DNA of 64,000 nucleotides from Eledone cirrhosa (GCA_964016885.1 OZ024742.1:7688001-7752000), one strand, 5' to 3'; positions 27,668-44,352 are shown, numbered from the stretch's first letter. The notes: generated from the letters alone by a model not told the origin. A program made the numbers and translations.

Positions 27668-29024
27668 TAATAATTTGCAGTGTGTATTTAAAGATATATA
27701 TCTTAAAATCAGTAATTCCCGTTGGATAAAACGATTGTAACGAAGAAATGGTCGATTCCTCAGTAAATTAGAAATAACATTATTTTAAAGATAACACATA
27801 CCTTTTCTGAAAGTCCGTTAAATATAATGTGAAAAATACCTCACATAGAAACCATATTGAAACACACTATCGACGTATAGAACTCTAAAGTAGCTGTTTT
27901 CAAACTGCGGGTACCGCAGTTTAGAAGGGAATAAATCTATGAAAATAAGGTCACTATATAAAATATGGGGTACCCATATATAATGTAGCTGTTGCTGTAA
28001 TTTACAGTAAAAAGGTTTATATTTAGTTAATAGTTTATAAACATGAAATATAAATATTTAAGTTAGACTGTGGCAACGTCCAACATTAATACGTAGCAAA
28101 GGGGTCATCAATGTGTATAGGAGAGGTGCAGGACTTTGTGGTAAACGGGGTTGGATGTCAATCGTATGACTTGAGTTCGACACCAGGTGGCGTGCTCTTT
28201 TGTCCTTGGGCAAAGCATTTTATTTCAGGTTCATTCAGCTGACAAGGAAACATTTGTACATATAATTCAATGGTCACATTAGTCATGTTCAATGTCACGG
28301 TGAATCTCACTACGAATTAAGACACTGCGTGTCTGGAATGGTCAGCCATTTTCATAGTAAGTTCACAAGGAAGCTCTTCAAACAACTGGAACATCCATCA
28401 ACATGATTGATAGAGCTCCAATACACGATATATATTAGCTAAATATTTTCCGCCAAATATGTGTGAAAAGGTGCAAATACAGGAAAAGAGATTATCTAGG
28501 TGCCAAGTATGGCAAACTAAAGATCTAAAAGAACAAATAGACAAAAGTCCTCTCCATGACGATATGAATTTTTAAATAGAAAAAAAGCACATCGTTGTGA
28601 AATGGGGTTCATTTCTATAGCCATAATTGTCTAAAGATAATAAAACCATACATACAAAAAAAGAAAAGGAATTGCACTGATAAGGCCATCATCAGATAAA
28701 ATACATGGCCGTCATCAGATAAAATACAAAATTTGTTTTATAAATGTTGACATACCCAAGAAACCAGACTTTATCGGTTCAGGTTTAGTTTATCCAAACT
28801 AAACCTGAACCGATAACAGCGTATCAAAATTTTGGAACCCTTGAAATATATATAATAAAATAATTTATTAATTTCCATTTATTAATATTATTGATATCAT
28901 ACTCCAGAAAACTTGTTGAGTGCTTCGAATCTGTTATAAATAAATTTGTTGAATAACCAACAAATTAAATATCTCTTTGCTTATATATAAACAGGCGGAG
29001 CTCAACCGTCGTGGTCCTGAATAT

Positions 29025-29082
<58 letters not shown>

Positions 29083-29383
29083 TCACTCAGGTGAGCGTGC
29101 ATGCGTGTGTTTCTACGAGATTTCGATAGCTGAAGTAGTCTAAGAAGTTAATTATATTGTGAAAAGCTGAAGGTGGAAATTTCTTTACACTTCAATGGAA
29201 CCATTTAACAGAAAGAGCTTAGAAGATCCAATATGGTATGTAGCTCTTCTTAAAGGCAAACACGGAGTTTTAACAGCATACACAAATATATGTATGTGTA
29301 TGTATATATATATATATAGGTGGTGTGTGTGTAACTAGAACTTCCGCTTGCCTTTAAGAAACGCAACATATGATATATGTATG

Positions 29384-29419
<36 letters not shown>

Positions 29420-29487
29420 TCACATGTTGTAAATACTTGGAATAAATTACCTTTTTATGATGTCTACCTGTGTTATTAATCATTCTT

Positions 29488-29537
<50 letters not shown>

Positions 29538-29538
29538 C

Positions 29539-32500
29539 ACACTGGGTGACAGGGTGGCACATCTATGGCACGATACATACTGAGTGACAGGGTGGCACAC
29601 CTATGGCACGGTACATACTGGCTGAGAGGGTGGAATATATATGGCACGGTACATACTGAGTGACAGGGTGGCACATCTATGGCACGGTACATACGGAGTG
29701 TCAGGGTGGCACACCTATGGCATGGTACATACTGGGTAACAGGGTCGCACACCTATGGCACGGTACATACATGCTGACAGGGCGACACACCTATGGCACG
29801 GTACATACTGGGTGACAGTGTGACACACCTATGGCACGATACATACTGGGTGACAGGGTGACACACGTATGGCACGGTACATACTGAGTGACAGGGTAGC
29901 ACATGTATGGCAAGGTACATATTGAGTGACATGGTGGCACACCTATGGCACGGTACATACTGAGTGATAGGATGGCACATCTATGACGCGGTACATACTG
30001 AGTAACAGGATGGCACATATATGGCACGGTACATACAGAGTGACAGGTTGACACACCTATGGCACGATATATATTAGGTGACAGGGTGGCACATCTATGG
30101 CACGGTACATACAGAGTGACAGGTTGGCACATCTATGGCACACTGAGTGACATGATGGAACATCTATGGCACAGTACATACTGGGTGACACGGTGGCACA
30201 TCCAAATCACGATACATACTGGGTGACACGGTTACACACCTATGGCACGATACATACTGGGTGACAGGGTAAAACACTATGGCACGGTACATACATGATG
30301 ACAGGGTGACTCACCTATGGCACGATACATACTGAGTGAGAGGATGGAACACCTATGGCACGGTACATACTGAGTGACAGGGTGGCACAGCTATGGCACG
30401 GTACATACTGAGTGACAGAATGGCACATCTATTGAACGGTACATACTGAGTGACAAGGTGGCACATCTATGGCACGGTACATACTGAGTGACAGAATGGC
30501 ACATCTATTGAACGGTACATACTGAGTGACAAGGTGGCACATCTATGGCACGGTACATAGTGGGTGACAGGGTGGCACATCTATGGCACGATGCATACTG
30601 TGTGACAGGGTGACACACCTATGGCACGATACATACTGGGTGACAGGGTGACAACCTATGACACGGTACATACTGAGTGACAGGGTGGACACCTATGACA
30701 CGATAATATTGAGTGACAGGATGGCACATCTATGGCACGGTACATACTGAGTGACATGATGGCACAACTATGGCACGGTACATACTGAGTGACAGGGTGG
30801 CACATATATGGCACGATACATAATGGGTGACAGGGTGGCACATCTATGGCACGGTACATACTGGGTGACAGGATGGCTCATCTATTGCTCGTTACATATT
30901 GAGTGACGGGATGGCACAAATATGGCACGGTACATACTGAGTGACAGGGTGACATACCTATGCCACGATACATACCGGGTGAGAGCGTGACACACCTATG
31001 GCACTGTACAAACTTGGTGACCAGGGTGAAACACCTATGGCACGATACACATGGGTGACAGGGTGGCATATCTATGGCACGATACATTTTGAGTGACAGG
31101 GTGGCACATCTATGGCACTGTACATACTGGGTGACAGGATGGCACATCTATGGCACGATACATACTGGGTGACAGGGTGGCACATCTATGGCACGTTAAA
31201 TACTGAGTGACAGGGTGGGACACGTATGGCACGCTACATACTGGGTGACAGGGTGGCACATCTAGGGCGCGATACATACTGAGTGAGAGGATGGCACATC
31301 TATGGCACGGTACATACTGAGTGACAGGATGGCACATCTATGGCACGGTGCATACTAGCTGACAGGGTGACACACCTATGGCACGATACATACTGAGTGA
31401 CAGGGTGACGCACCTATGGCACGGTACATATTGAGTGACAGGGTGGAACACGTATGGCACGGTACATGCTGAGTGAGAGGGTGGCACATTTATGGCAAGG
31501 TACATACTAAGAGAAGGATGGCACATCTATAGCACGGTACATATTGAGTGACAGGGTGTCACACCTATGGCACGGTACATACTGTGTGACACGAAGACAC
31601 ATCTATGGCCCGGTACATACTGAGTAACAGGAAGGCACATATATGGCACGGTACACATTGAGTGACAGGGTGACTCACTTAAGGCACGATATATATTGGG
31701 TGACAGGATGGCACCTCTATGGCACGATACATACTGAGTGAGAGGATGCTACACCTATGGCACGGTACATACTGAGTGGCAGAATGGCACATCTATGGCA
31801 CGGTACATACTCAGTGACAGGGTGGCACAGCTATGGCACGGTACATACTGAGTGACAAGGTGGCACACCTATGGCACGGTACATAATGAGTGACAGGGTG
31901 GCACATCTATGGCACGGTACATACTGAATGACAGAATGGCATATCTATGGCACGGTACATACTGGCTGACAGGGTGGCACATCTATGGCACGTTACATAC
32001 TGGGTGACAGGGTGGCACATCTATGGCACGGTACATACTGAGTGACAGGATGGCACAACTATGACACGGTACATACTGAGTGACAGGGTGGCACATCTAT
32101 GGCACGATACATAATGGGTGACAGGATGGCACATATATGGCTCGTTACATACTGAGTGACAGGATGGCACAACTATGGCACGATACATACCGGATGAGAG
32201 GGTGTCGCATCTATGGCACGATACATACTGAGTGACACGGTGGCACACCTATGGCACGATATATACTGAGTGACAGGATGGCACATCTATGGCAGGGTAC
32301 ATATTAGGTTACAGTGTGGCACACCTATGGCACGATACATACTGGGTGACAGGTTGGCACATATATGGCACGATACATACGGAGTGACAGGATGGCATAC
32401 CTATGGCAAGATACATACTGAGTGACAGGGTGACACAGCAATGGCACGGTATATACGGATTGACAGGATGGCACATCTATGGTATACTGCGTGATAGCAT

Positions 32501-33501
32501 GGAACATCTATGGCACGGTACATACTGGGTTACAGGGTGGCACATCTATTGCACGATACATACTGGGTGAAGGTTGACACACCTATGGCACGATACATAC
32601 TGAGTGACGGGGTGACACACCTATGGCACGATACATACTGGGTGACAGGGTTACACACCTATGGCACGATACATACTGAGTGACGGGGTGACACACCTAT
32701 AGCACGATACATACTGGGTGACGGGGTGACACACATATGGCTCGATACATACTGAGTGACAGGATCTAACATCTATGGCAGGGTACATACTGCGTGACAT
32801 GATGGCACGTCTATGGCACGATGCATACTGGGTGACAGGGATACACACCTATGGCACGGTACATACTGAGTGACAGGGTGGCACATTTATGGCAAGGTAC
32901 ATACTGGGTGACAGGATGTCACATATATGGCACGATGCATACTGGGTGACAGGATGGCACATCTATGGCACGATACATACTGAGTGACAGGTGACACATC
33001 TATGGCACGATAAATACTGAGTGACAGGATGGAACATCTATGGCACGGTACACACTGAGTGACAGAATGGCACATCAATGGCACGATACATACTGGGTGA
33101 CAGGATGGAATATCTATGGCACGATACATACTGGGTGATAGGATGGAATATCTATGGCACGATACATACTGAGTGACAGGGTGACACATCTATGGCACGA
33201 TAAATACTGAGTGACAGGATGGCACAGCTATGGCACGGTACATACTGCGTGACAGGATGGCACATCTATGGCACGGTACATACAGGGTGACAGGATGGCA
33301 CAGCTATGGCACGATAAATACTGAGTGACAGGATGGCACACCTATGGCACGGTACATACTGAATGATAGGATGGCACACCTATGGCACGGTACATACTGA
33401 ATGATAGGATGGCACACATACGCACGATAAATACTGAGGGACAGGATGTCACATCTATGGCACGGTACATACTGAATAACAGGGTGGCACATCTATGGCA
33501 C
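29539..33501. repeat. 38-bp minisatellite, roughly 104 units
   Basis: Consensus ctgagtgacagggtggcacatctatggcacggtacata, head to tail, no spacers, flanked by (TA)n. Confidence 0.95.
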
Positions 33502-33534
33502 TATCAGGAGTTACAGGCCGATTACGTACCACAT

Positions 33535-33617
<83 letters not shown>

Positions 33618-33619
<2 letters not shown>

Positions 33620-33962
33620 TTTCTCAATTTGTGTAGGAAAATTCTTTATCTGAAAACGTGTGTTGAAACCGATATTGTTATACTTTGGGATGGTCATGTT
33701 GCCAATACACAAAAACAAGATGGCGTAAGTCAGAACAAAGGAGAGGCATAAAAACAAAGAAAAGATCCCCAGTCACTGAAGAAGTCATAGAATGTGTGAC
33801 GAAAGATCTTTGACACTATATGAACAATCGTCTCGTTGTGGATCCAACCAACCAACCGGCAATTTATAAATTCCTAAATTTATGAATTTAATTTATAATA
33901 AGTTGAAGTGAAAGCAACTGGTGCGTGTGTTTCTTATTGGCAACTGGACACTACCAAAGTAT

Positions 33963-33968
<6 letters not shown>
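33618..33968. mobile_element. PLE pseudo-LTR with 5' inverted arm and hammerhead (33772-33814 plus)
   Basis: gtca CTGAAGA a gtcat-agaatgt-gtgac GAAA GATC TT tgac; AAAGATCTTT is a palindrome. Same family as 49140-49700, 59420-59780 and 61180-62075. Confidence 0.85.
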
Positions 33969-34036
<68 letters not shown>

Positions 34037-34157
34037 TAATGAATATATTCACACAATTATACGCACACCCATAAACACCCATATACATAGGGAGACGGCA
34101 TTTATGTACACACTCACACACTCACACATACACACATATACACACACACAATTTATA

Positions 34158-34253
<96 letters not shown>

Positions 34254-34574
34254 TTTTAATAAGATGAGATTCTATAGGACTAGAACTGTATCATTCTTGA
34301 GTAATCATCAGGAAATATGGTGGTATTTATATATTTTCTGGTGGTAGGAGAGGGTGGGGAGTGGGATAGGTGGAGATGATTGGTTGAAAGTAAAGGGAAT
34401 TAATTAAAAGCTGATTCTTTAAAGCTATAATTTATATTTAGAGTGACAAAGGCAGCAAGAATTCTATAAACAAGTTCAAATTGGGGAGCCACTCCTTATT
34501 TTTAAGTTTCTCTTAAGCTAACAATGCCTATATTTCAGGTGTCTATAAGATGGTTGGGGGTCGGTCATGAGATT

Positions 34575-36125
34575 GCCTTGACTGAGACAAATGCGACCGG
34601 AAAGGAAATCGCCAAGTCCCTTAAATTACATGACCGAACCGCACTTTTCCCTGAAGACCATAAGGGAGACTTCCTCAACAAACCATCAATCAGGTCTTAT
34701 CAACCGCACACGTTCGGACATCGGCTCTTTCAGAAGGAAGATCCTTGATAGAGTTCTACCATCATTGCGGGTTGCCTCACTACTCCCACTCTGGAGGAGA
34801 ACGTCTGAGGCAATATATTGCTTCCAAGAATTACCCGACAAACGCCACACGCTTCCTGCAACTCGACATAGAAAACTACTATGCTTCTATCTCAGAGCCT
34901 TTCCTGAAGGACGCACTTACTTTTCCCAGGAATTTTACCACCATAACCGAGGCTGAGCAAGATGTTATCCTCCATGCCCGTAAGACCTTCCTATACCACG
35001 AGCGATCTTACTGGATCAACAAGAAGTCTCAGACCCCCTTTTACGTCAGCATAGGAGAGAGTGAGGCGGCTGAAATAAGCGACCTTGTGGGCCTGTACAT
35101 TTTACATCAGCTGAAGAACCTCTTTACTGGCCTCATCGGAGGTTTACACCGAGACGACGGCCTCTTCGCCCTGCAAAAGGTTAACCCCAGATGTCACTCT
35201 CGACCTAGATACTTCCTTCTATTACCCGTACCACAAACCTAATGAGTCCCTTAGATATTTTAATGTTAATTCTAACCAGTCTAAAAATATCACTGATAAC
35301 TTAGTAAAAAGTGTCTATACTAGAATCTCCGGCCTCTCGGCCAATGAAGATATATTTAACGCTTCTGCCTCCTACTACAATGACGCCCTCGCCCGCAGCG
35401 GATTTTAAAAAAAGACAACTTACCTAGAAACCACCGCAAGGCTGCATAGGAGGAATAGGCATAGGCAGATTCGCTGGTACAACCCTCCCTTCAATAGACA
35501 GGTCTCTACACCTATAGCTAGGATTTTCTTCACTTTGCTGAACACACACTTCCCCATAAAACGTAGGTTCTACCCCATCTTTAAGAAGAACACAATAAGA
35601 CTCTCCTACACCTCAATTCTAAAAAATTAAACAAGCCAACCACCTCCGAACCCAATCCCCGGACTGAGGCCTTGTGCAATTGCCTAAATAAGGAAGCCTG
35701 CCCACTTCAAAACAAATGCCTGACAAATGATATCGTATACAAATGCGATGTCATTTCAGACACCGATGATTGCAACAACAAAAAGACTTACATCGGCATG
35801 ACTTCCAATAATTTTAAGACCCGGTTGTATCCCCATACCCACTCCTTCAGAAGACCGGACAAATCAAATCAGACAACACTAGCCTCCTATGTTTGAGACC
35901 TCAAAAGGAACTCTACCCCCTTCACGCTTAAATGGAAAATACTCCAGAGAGCGTGCTCATACAATAGAGGACACAAGTGCTACGACATTTGTATCTCAGA
36001 AAGCTACGAAATAGTATTCGCCAAGGGCCCGCTACTGAACAAACTCTCTGAACACTAACCGAACTGCATGCACAAAAACTTTGCAACTTTCAAATACCTT
36101 CAGCCAGTGTTAAAGCCAGATGGCT
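34575..36125 (+). mobile_element. Decayed Hydra-clade-like PLE (RT, thumb, linker, GIY-YIG)
   Basis: LKDHKGDFLNKPSIRLIN..FLQLDIENYYASISE..HARKTFLY..AEISDLVGLYIL..LHRDDGL; KPNE..SN..RISGLSANE; RWYNPPF; CNCLNKEACPLQNKCL..IVYKC..YIGMT..FK.R. Many frameshifts. Confidence 0.9.
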
Positions 36126-36420
36126 ACAAAAGATTTTCCCCCTTTTTTTTAAACCGCACTCGAAAAAATACCCCTCTCCCTCCTTCCCACCCTACACCCA
36201 CCCCTTTTCGACCTGAAAAACGGCACTATGGTCATGTAAGTACCTCTTACCTATCTGCATTTTCTGCTTGTAGAGTTGTATTTATGTGCATGTGTATATG
36301 CGTAGATGTATGAGTACTTGTATGTACGTATTTGTATGAGTGGCCGTTCGTTTGTATGCGTATGGTTGTGTGTACGTGCCTTCATATGTAACTGCATATG
36401 GGCATGTATGCGTATATTTG

Positions 36421-36455
<35 letters not shown>

Positions 36456-36586
36456 ATATGTGTATATATGTATGTGTGTATGTGTGTATGTATGAATATG
36501 TGTGTATGTGTGTATATATATGTGTATATATGTGTATATGTATATATGTGTATATGTGTGTGTATATACATATATATGTATATATC

Positions 36587-36665
<79 letters not shown>

Positions 36666-36712
36666 GTGTGTGTATATAAACACATGTATATATATATATA
36701 TGCATATATATG

Positions 36713-36767
<55 letters not shown>

Positions 36768-36874
36768 GTGTATGTATGTGTATATGTTTATGTATGTGTG
36801 TATATATATATGAATATACATACATATATATATATATATTTGCACATATGTGTATATGTGTGTATTTATACATA

Positions 36875-37756
36875 AAGTTTAGCATGGAACACCCCGATGA
36901 TCGCGGATCCCTATCCCTACTGGACTTCCAACTCAGGGTAACAGAGGAAGACAACATCCACACCTGCTTCTATAAAAAAGCCACCAGCAGGGACATGTTC
37001 GTACATTTCAGATCGGCCCTCCCAGTCGGCGCTAAGTTCGGATACATGAGGAACGAACTATCACGTATCCGGAACAAATGCACTGACGCTAGAGACCGAG
37101 ACACACACACCACACATTTCCTGGAAGTACTCAAACTGAACGGATACACGGCATCCACCACAAACCGTGCCAGAAAGAACAGAGGACACCACACCCGAGG
37201 CACTAACACTTGCTTCCTGATGCTCCTACACTTCAGTGACGAAACAACAGCCATCCGCATAGCTATCAGACGAGAGGGACTAGATATCCAACTGGCCCAC
37301 TCAGGTCCTTCTCTACGCGGACAGCTAACCAAAAGACACTCCACCAGACATGACAACCGCTGCAGGCTAGCCAACTGCCCCATCAACGACACAGACCTAT
37401 GCCACCAGGCTTACGTCGTATACAGACTAGAGTGTGACAAATGCAGCAACTTCTACGTAGGTAGCACCACCAGACCACTCCACATAAGAATAAAAGAACA
37501 CCTCAATACTAACGCTTCCTCATTTAAGAAACACCTAGTTAAATGCAAAAACACGGACAAAACCATAACAGTTAGGATAGAAACTAAGGAAAGGATCCTC
37601 GGCAATCTTAGAATTAAGGAAGCACTAATTATAGACAAACACAACCACCAATCAATAACAGACTAGAACTCAACACCCAATTTATAACTTGCTAGAGCAT
37701 CTAGCCCCATATTTAAACCCCCTTCCCACACACACGCACACACACACGCACACACG

Positions 37757-37820
<64 letters not shown>

Positions 37821-38250
37821 TACACCTCCACTTATTCTCTCTCACACACTCACATACACACACAAAGACCAATTCTAACACGAGATAACATCTATCCCCC
37901 ACATTTACGTATAGACATATCTTCTCACACTCACACACACACACACATACTTACACCTTCACGCATTTGTACATGCCTTAAACAGGCATGTACAAAAAAA
38001 AACCCTTTTAAAGGGAGACTACTCTTTATCTACCTAATCTTAACTCTTTGACATTAAAGATAGAACAGATACTCTATACCATTTCCTGTCAGCATGACTT
38101 GGCAAGCTACTTAGAACACTGGTTTTAACCGCTTTACTTCCCTCCGAAGAAGAGATATTATCTCGAAAATTAAGGACGTTTAAATAAATCTAAGGTAAAA
38201 GACTAATTGTCAACAATATCTTTTGCATTTGCATTCTTTATTCTATGTCC
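36875..38250 (+). mobile_element. 5'-truncated PLE of a different lineage (RT thumb plus GIY-YIG, ORF to 37666) with 3' hammerhead (38141-38176)
   Basis: FSME..SLSLLDF..YKKAT..VHFRSA..LKLNGY; CRLANCP..C..VVYRLECDKCSNFYVGSTTRPLHIRIKEH..IKEALII. HHR: cct CCGAAGA a gagata-t-tatctc GAAA AT TA agg. Confidence 0.9.
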
Positions 38251-38289
38251 ATACCTGCATTGTTTTGGCTTTGTTGTACATATACAAAC

Positions 38290-38386
<97 letters not shown>

Positions 38387-38704
38387 TAGATAGATTGATA
38401 TATATAGATAGAGATATTATTTTTATAGGATGAACATCATTTTCTGCTTCTAAAAAATCATTCAAGCCTCGGATGAATCTTCCAATGCAGGTTGTCGTAA
38501 ATTATTAAGAAAATTAAAATTGCTTCTTAATTTCAGAACCTCGAGATAGAGATGGATTCATGGCTGCTGATTTGATCATGTGATCATATTGGGGATATAA
38601 AGCAGAAGGGAGGATAGGATAGACAAGGGAGGGATGAAAGTAGCGATATCCGTATGGAGATATGGACATTTGATATGATGTAGTATGTTGTGAAGTGGAC
38701 GGGC

Positions 38705-38712
38705 AGTAGTAA

Positions 38713-38801
<89 letters not shown>

Positions 38802-38814
38802 AAAGAAGAAGAAA

Positions 38815-38873
<59 letters not shown>

Positions 38874-38886
38874 AAAGAAGAAGAAA

Positions 38887-38943
<57 letters not shown>

Positions 38944-38994
38944 AAGAAGAAGAAGAAGAAGAAGAAGAAGAAGAAGAAGAAGAAGAAGAAGAAG

Positions 38995-39027
<33 letters not shown>

Positions 39028-39072
39028 TAATAGTAGTAGTAGTGGTAGTAGTATCAGTAGCAGTACTAGTAG
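38705..39072. repeat. Compound (AGT)n/(AGA)n microsatellite
   Basis: Read directly. Confidence 0.95.
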
Positions 39073-39843
39073 CAGGAGTATCCTAGTTTTAGTTTTACTA
39101 GGATACTCCTGCGCTAAGAACATCAAGGCCCACATCACCAGCACCCCACCAGGGTGCACTTGCCGTAAGCCCAAAGCTTGTCCCCTTCAACAGCAATCCA
39201 ACACACCCGCTATAATTTATGAAGCTGTGGTCACTTCCAACCGACCAAATCAACCACAGGAGGTCAAATCCTATGTGGGTATGGCGGAGGGCCGATTTAA
39301 GGAACGTTTCCTGAACCACCAGTCGACCTTTAGGTACCCGGACAGACGTTCATCCACGAAACTCGCGAGCCACGTATGGTCCCTCAAGGACTCAAGTATA
39401 GACTACTCCATTCAATGGAAAGCCATCACTAAGTCCAAGCCATACGCAAGGGGAAATCCGTCGTGTGGACTATGTATTGATGAACGAATAAATATTCTAA
39501 AGAGATTATGCAATAGTGATTGCCTAAACACGAGAAATGAATTCTTCACACGTTGTCCATACGTCTCGAAACACCTCTTTCATAGCTACAAAGCTCTTGG
39601 TTGAATACAACAACATCCTAATTTTCTTATCAACTAGAAACTTTTCGGATTTTCGCAGTTATCTCCCTTACACCGCTAGCACGCATTTTAGTATTGCCTG
39701 TGTGAAGTGACCGGTTTCTGCTCATGCGCGTTCGTACGGTTGTCCTTCCTGATCCGTATAACCATGCCCATTACGAGCTGAGGATCCGCTAAGGTGAAAC
39801 AATTGTTCTCGGTATGGTGAACTAACTGTTGTGTAACCACTTC
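39072..39843 (+). mobile_element. Hydra-clade-like PLE 3' fragment: 16-bp 5' snap-back, GIY-YIG ORF to 39604, hammerhead at 39774-39811
   Basis: gcaggagtatcctagt / actaggatactcctgc hairpin. CTCRKPKACPL..IIYEA..YVG..FKERFLNH..CGLC..E..LNTR.E..C. HHR: cgag CTGAGGA tcc-gctaa-ggt GAAA CAATTG TT ctcg. Confidence 0.9.
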
Positions 39844-39864
39844 TATATATATATATATATATAT

Positions 39865-40110
39865 GTAAGTATGTTTTGAAACAGTGAGCGAGTTTGAAAT
39901 TAGAAAATATATAGCTTTCACCGTATTTTTAACTAAAGGAATTTTAACTTGATAACGGGGTTTAGAACCCTCAGATAAATGGAAAAAGATGAGTATTGAC
40001 GTACATGACGTCAATACTCATCTTTTTCCATTTATCTGAGGGTTCTAAATCCCGTTATCAAGCTAAAATTCCTTTAGTTAAAAATACGGTGAAAGCTATA
40101 TATTTTCTAA
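39865..40110. mobile_element. ~100-bp-arm fold-back insertion in (TA)n
   Basis: 39900-40000 is the reverse complement of 40006-40110. Confidence 0.8.
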
Positions 40111-40111
40111 T

Positions 40112-40185
<74 letters not shown>

Positions 40186-40517
40186 AATAAAATAACAGGA
40201 GGCTGTAAATCCTTGAAAGGTTTATTATACTATGATCATTTTAATGACCGGGTTCCGTATGAATCCGGTGATATCATCAGGTATTCGAAATATAATAAAG
40301 GAATATAACAGACAAAATCCATGGGGTTGACAAAAACATAAACAAAGAGGATGACCTACCATCTAGCATCTTCTACCTTAGTCGGTCGCCCTCAAATGTT
40401 GGCTATTCGGTCTACTTATGACCATCTGGTGAGGGGGCGAAAGCTTATAATGTACTAATACTTTCCCGTCAAAGAGAAGAAAGAAGAAAGAAGAAAGAAG
40501 AAAGAAGAAAGAATAAA

Positions 40518-40558
<41 letters not shown>

Positions 40559-42752
40559 AGAAAAGTCAACGTTAAGGTCATGCTACAATCAGGCTAGAAA
40601 TTGTCGTGAAAAATGTTTTTCCAAAGAACCTATATCCTAACAGAGGCATATAGTGGTTGTATGTATGGTATAATGTGTGAACAGAAAATTGGAACGTTAA
40701 ACTTACGTTTAGAGATATGGGATGAAATTAAAGAATTAAAAAATTAAAAAAAGTTTAAGGTTTGGGTTGTGAGATTTAGTTAAAGAATTTACAGAGAGAG
40801 TCTTATGTGAAAAAGTTTAAGTGTATTATAGAGATTCTCGATAAGTTTTCAGGGTGGGTTATAAAGTATAGATTAAGCCCTTGTTTTGCAGTCAATAACA
40901 CGCGACGACTGCAGACTCTGGCCAGCCCTTCCTAACCAAAGTGTCAGCCGTTCCGAGTGATATCGTCTAGCGAAATAGATGGAAATTAATTTTTCCGAGT
41001 ACTCTAGGAATGTGACTGTCTTAGGCTTCGGGTGTGCTACCGGGAAGTCTGCCATCGCCGTTAGGCCATTGCTATACCAAACGAATACTATTAATTCACA
41101 CAGCAGGGGGATTTGTTTACGTGCTAGAAGAGGGAGGAATGATACAGCTAATAGTTATGATTAAGCCTAGAATTTAAAGGTACTATATGGCGGTCAAAAC
41201 CGGCGGCGCGGCGGGCCCCGGGGCTAAGCAATCCGCTCCGAGTAATTTCATTTACCGAAAGAAGGGGAAATTTATGTTTCCAAGCACTCAAGGAAGGCTT
41301 ATGCACCAGAGCGCCAGGCGCGCAGCCGGGAAAGCCGCCACATCAGTCGGATCATCGCGTGTAACCAAACGATTATTATTATATATTCACACCCGTGATG
41401 TGAGGTTGAAAGTGGTAAAACCAGGTGAAAAGCGCAAATAGACTATATTTAAGTCCCCAGTTAGTCCGGGTTATAAGTAGTGTGGTTCTTTGGTGGGTGG
41501 GGAGAGATATAAGGGTACATAGAGTAATATTCTAGTGTCGTGTGCTAATGAGTACAATGATAAATAAGTACATAGTGAGAGTAAAGCGAGTGAAAACCTA
41601 AATAAAAGGAACAATAAGCAAAAATATATAAAAATAAGAATACATTAATAAAAATACAATAATAAAGTAAAAATACATAAATAAAACGCCGTCATAGCTA
41701 GGGTGGTGATGGAGTATATCGGAGAAATCAAAACACATGGGAAATACAATATACATCAAGTTGTAGTTAGATATATATAGATATAGAGGATGGAAGAGAT
41801 GGAATGGTATCAGCTGATACCTAGTGCATGTTCGAGTCTCAGAATTCAGTGTGAGTCACACATGCCCTAAAGTATAGGGTAGAGAAATCAGTCAATACAA
41901 TATATATATATATATATTATATATATATAGTAGAATAATCGAGTATCGAAAAATCGGCGCACGAGTTCACGATAAACAAAATTCGATATGAGCGGCAGAG
42001 GGCTCAATATATATGTGTGTGTGTGTGTGTGTGTATATCTATGTGTATATATATGTGTATATATATGTGTGTATATCTGTATATGTGTTTGTATATGTTT
42101 GTACATGTGTATATCTATATGTGTGTGTGTGTGTATGTGAATGTGTCTGTTGACACCTGTAATATAGCTGAAGAGTAACATGACAATAAGGACAGGCACC
42201 CAATATTTGAACTGGTTTATAGAATTCTCTCTGCCTTTGACACTCTAAGTAGAGCTTTAAAGAATTACCTTTTAAAGAATTTCCCTTTTCTTTAAACCGA
42301 TCAACCATGACTGACTCCCAACCATCTTATAGACACCTGAAATAGAGGCATTGTTGGCTTAAGAGAAACTTAAAAATAAGGAGTGGCACCCCAATTTGAA
42401 CTTGTTTATAGAATTCTTTCTGCTTTTGTCACTCTAAATATAAATTATAGCTTTAAAGAAGTAGCTTTTAATGAATTCCCTTTTCTTTCAACCAATGACC
42501 TCCACCAATCCCACTCCCCACCCTCTCCTAACACCAGAAAATATATAAATACCACCATATTTCCTGATGATTTCTCAAGAATGAAACAGTCCTGTAGAAT
42601 CTCATCATATTAAAATTATTCTACTCTGCTATGTATTGAGTATCTTACTTACATTGGTTACCTCCGATTCAACCCGGAATAACTTACCTAGCGTGAAATT
42701 AATAAACATTCGTTGTACTGCCTCTCCGTTTTGTTCCTGTTCAAATTTTTCC

Positions 42753-42785
<33 letters not shown>

Positions 42786-43047
42786 CGGCCGGTTCACGTG
42801 TGGGTCACTTTAACGGCCATAACTCACATGCGCTGGTAGTTGGCATTATATTTGCGGACCGTGGGACGTAAGTCCTATAGGATGGAAATAGCTATCTGAT
42901 GAAATTTACTTTCCGTTGGAAATTCTCTGAATTTCCAATCTTTTGTAGATGGAAACCGCCGGTAATAGCATTATGAACAGGGAGATATTTAAATCATTTT
43001 TTAATTTATTTAAAGAATTGTTTAATGTTTGTTTGTTCTGCTCATCA

Positions 43048-44352
<1,305 letters not shown>

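Noticed and set aside
29480-33492. Cys/His-rich repetitive ORFs (MCHPVTQYVPCHRC..) suggesting a metal-binding protein
   Set aside because: The 38-bp unit is not a multiple of 3, TAG stops recur and indels shift frame. This is a minisatellite translation.
29539-33501. CRISPR-like array
   Set aside because: No unique spacers, no cas genes, eukaryotic context.
35894-35896. In-frame TGA in a PLE as possible selenocysteine (as in Naiad PLEs)
   Set aside because: It aligns to the conserved Trp of YVWxLK, and the copy is otherwise frameshifted. Ordinary nonsense mutation.
38690-39604. 304-aa poly-Ser/Arg GIY-YIG fusion protein
   Set aside because: Chance in-frame join of an (AGT)n/(AGA)n tract to a truncated PLE through a snap-back junction.
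40030-40105. Possible hammerhead CTGAGGG..GAAAGCTA in the 39865-40110 fold-back
   Set aside because: No consistent helix I or II could be assigned.
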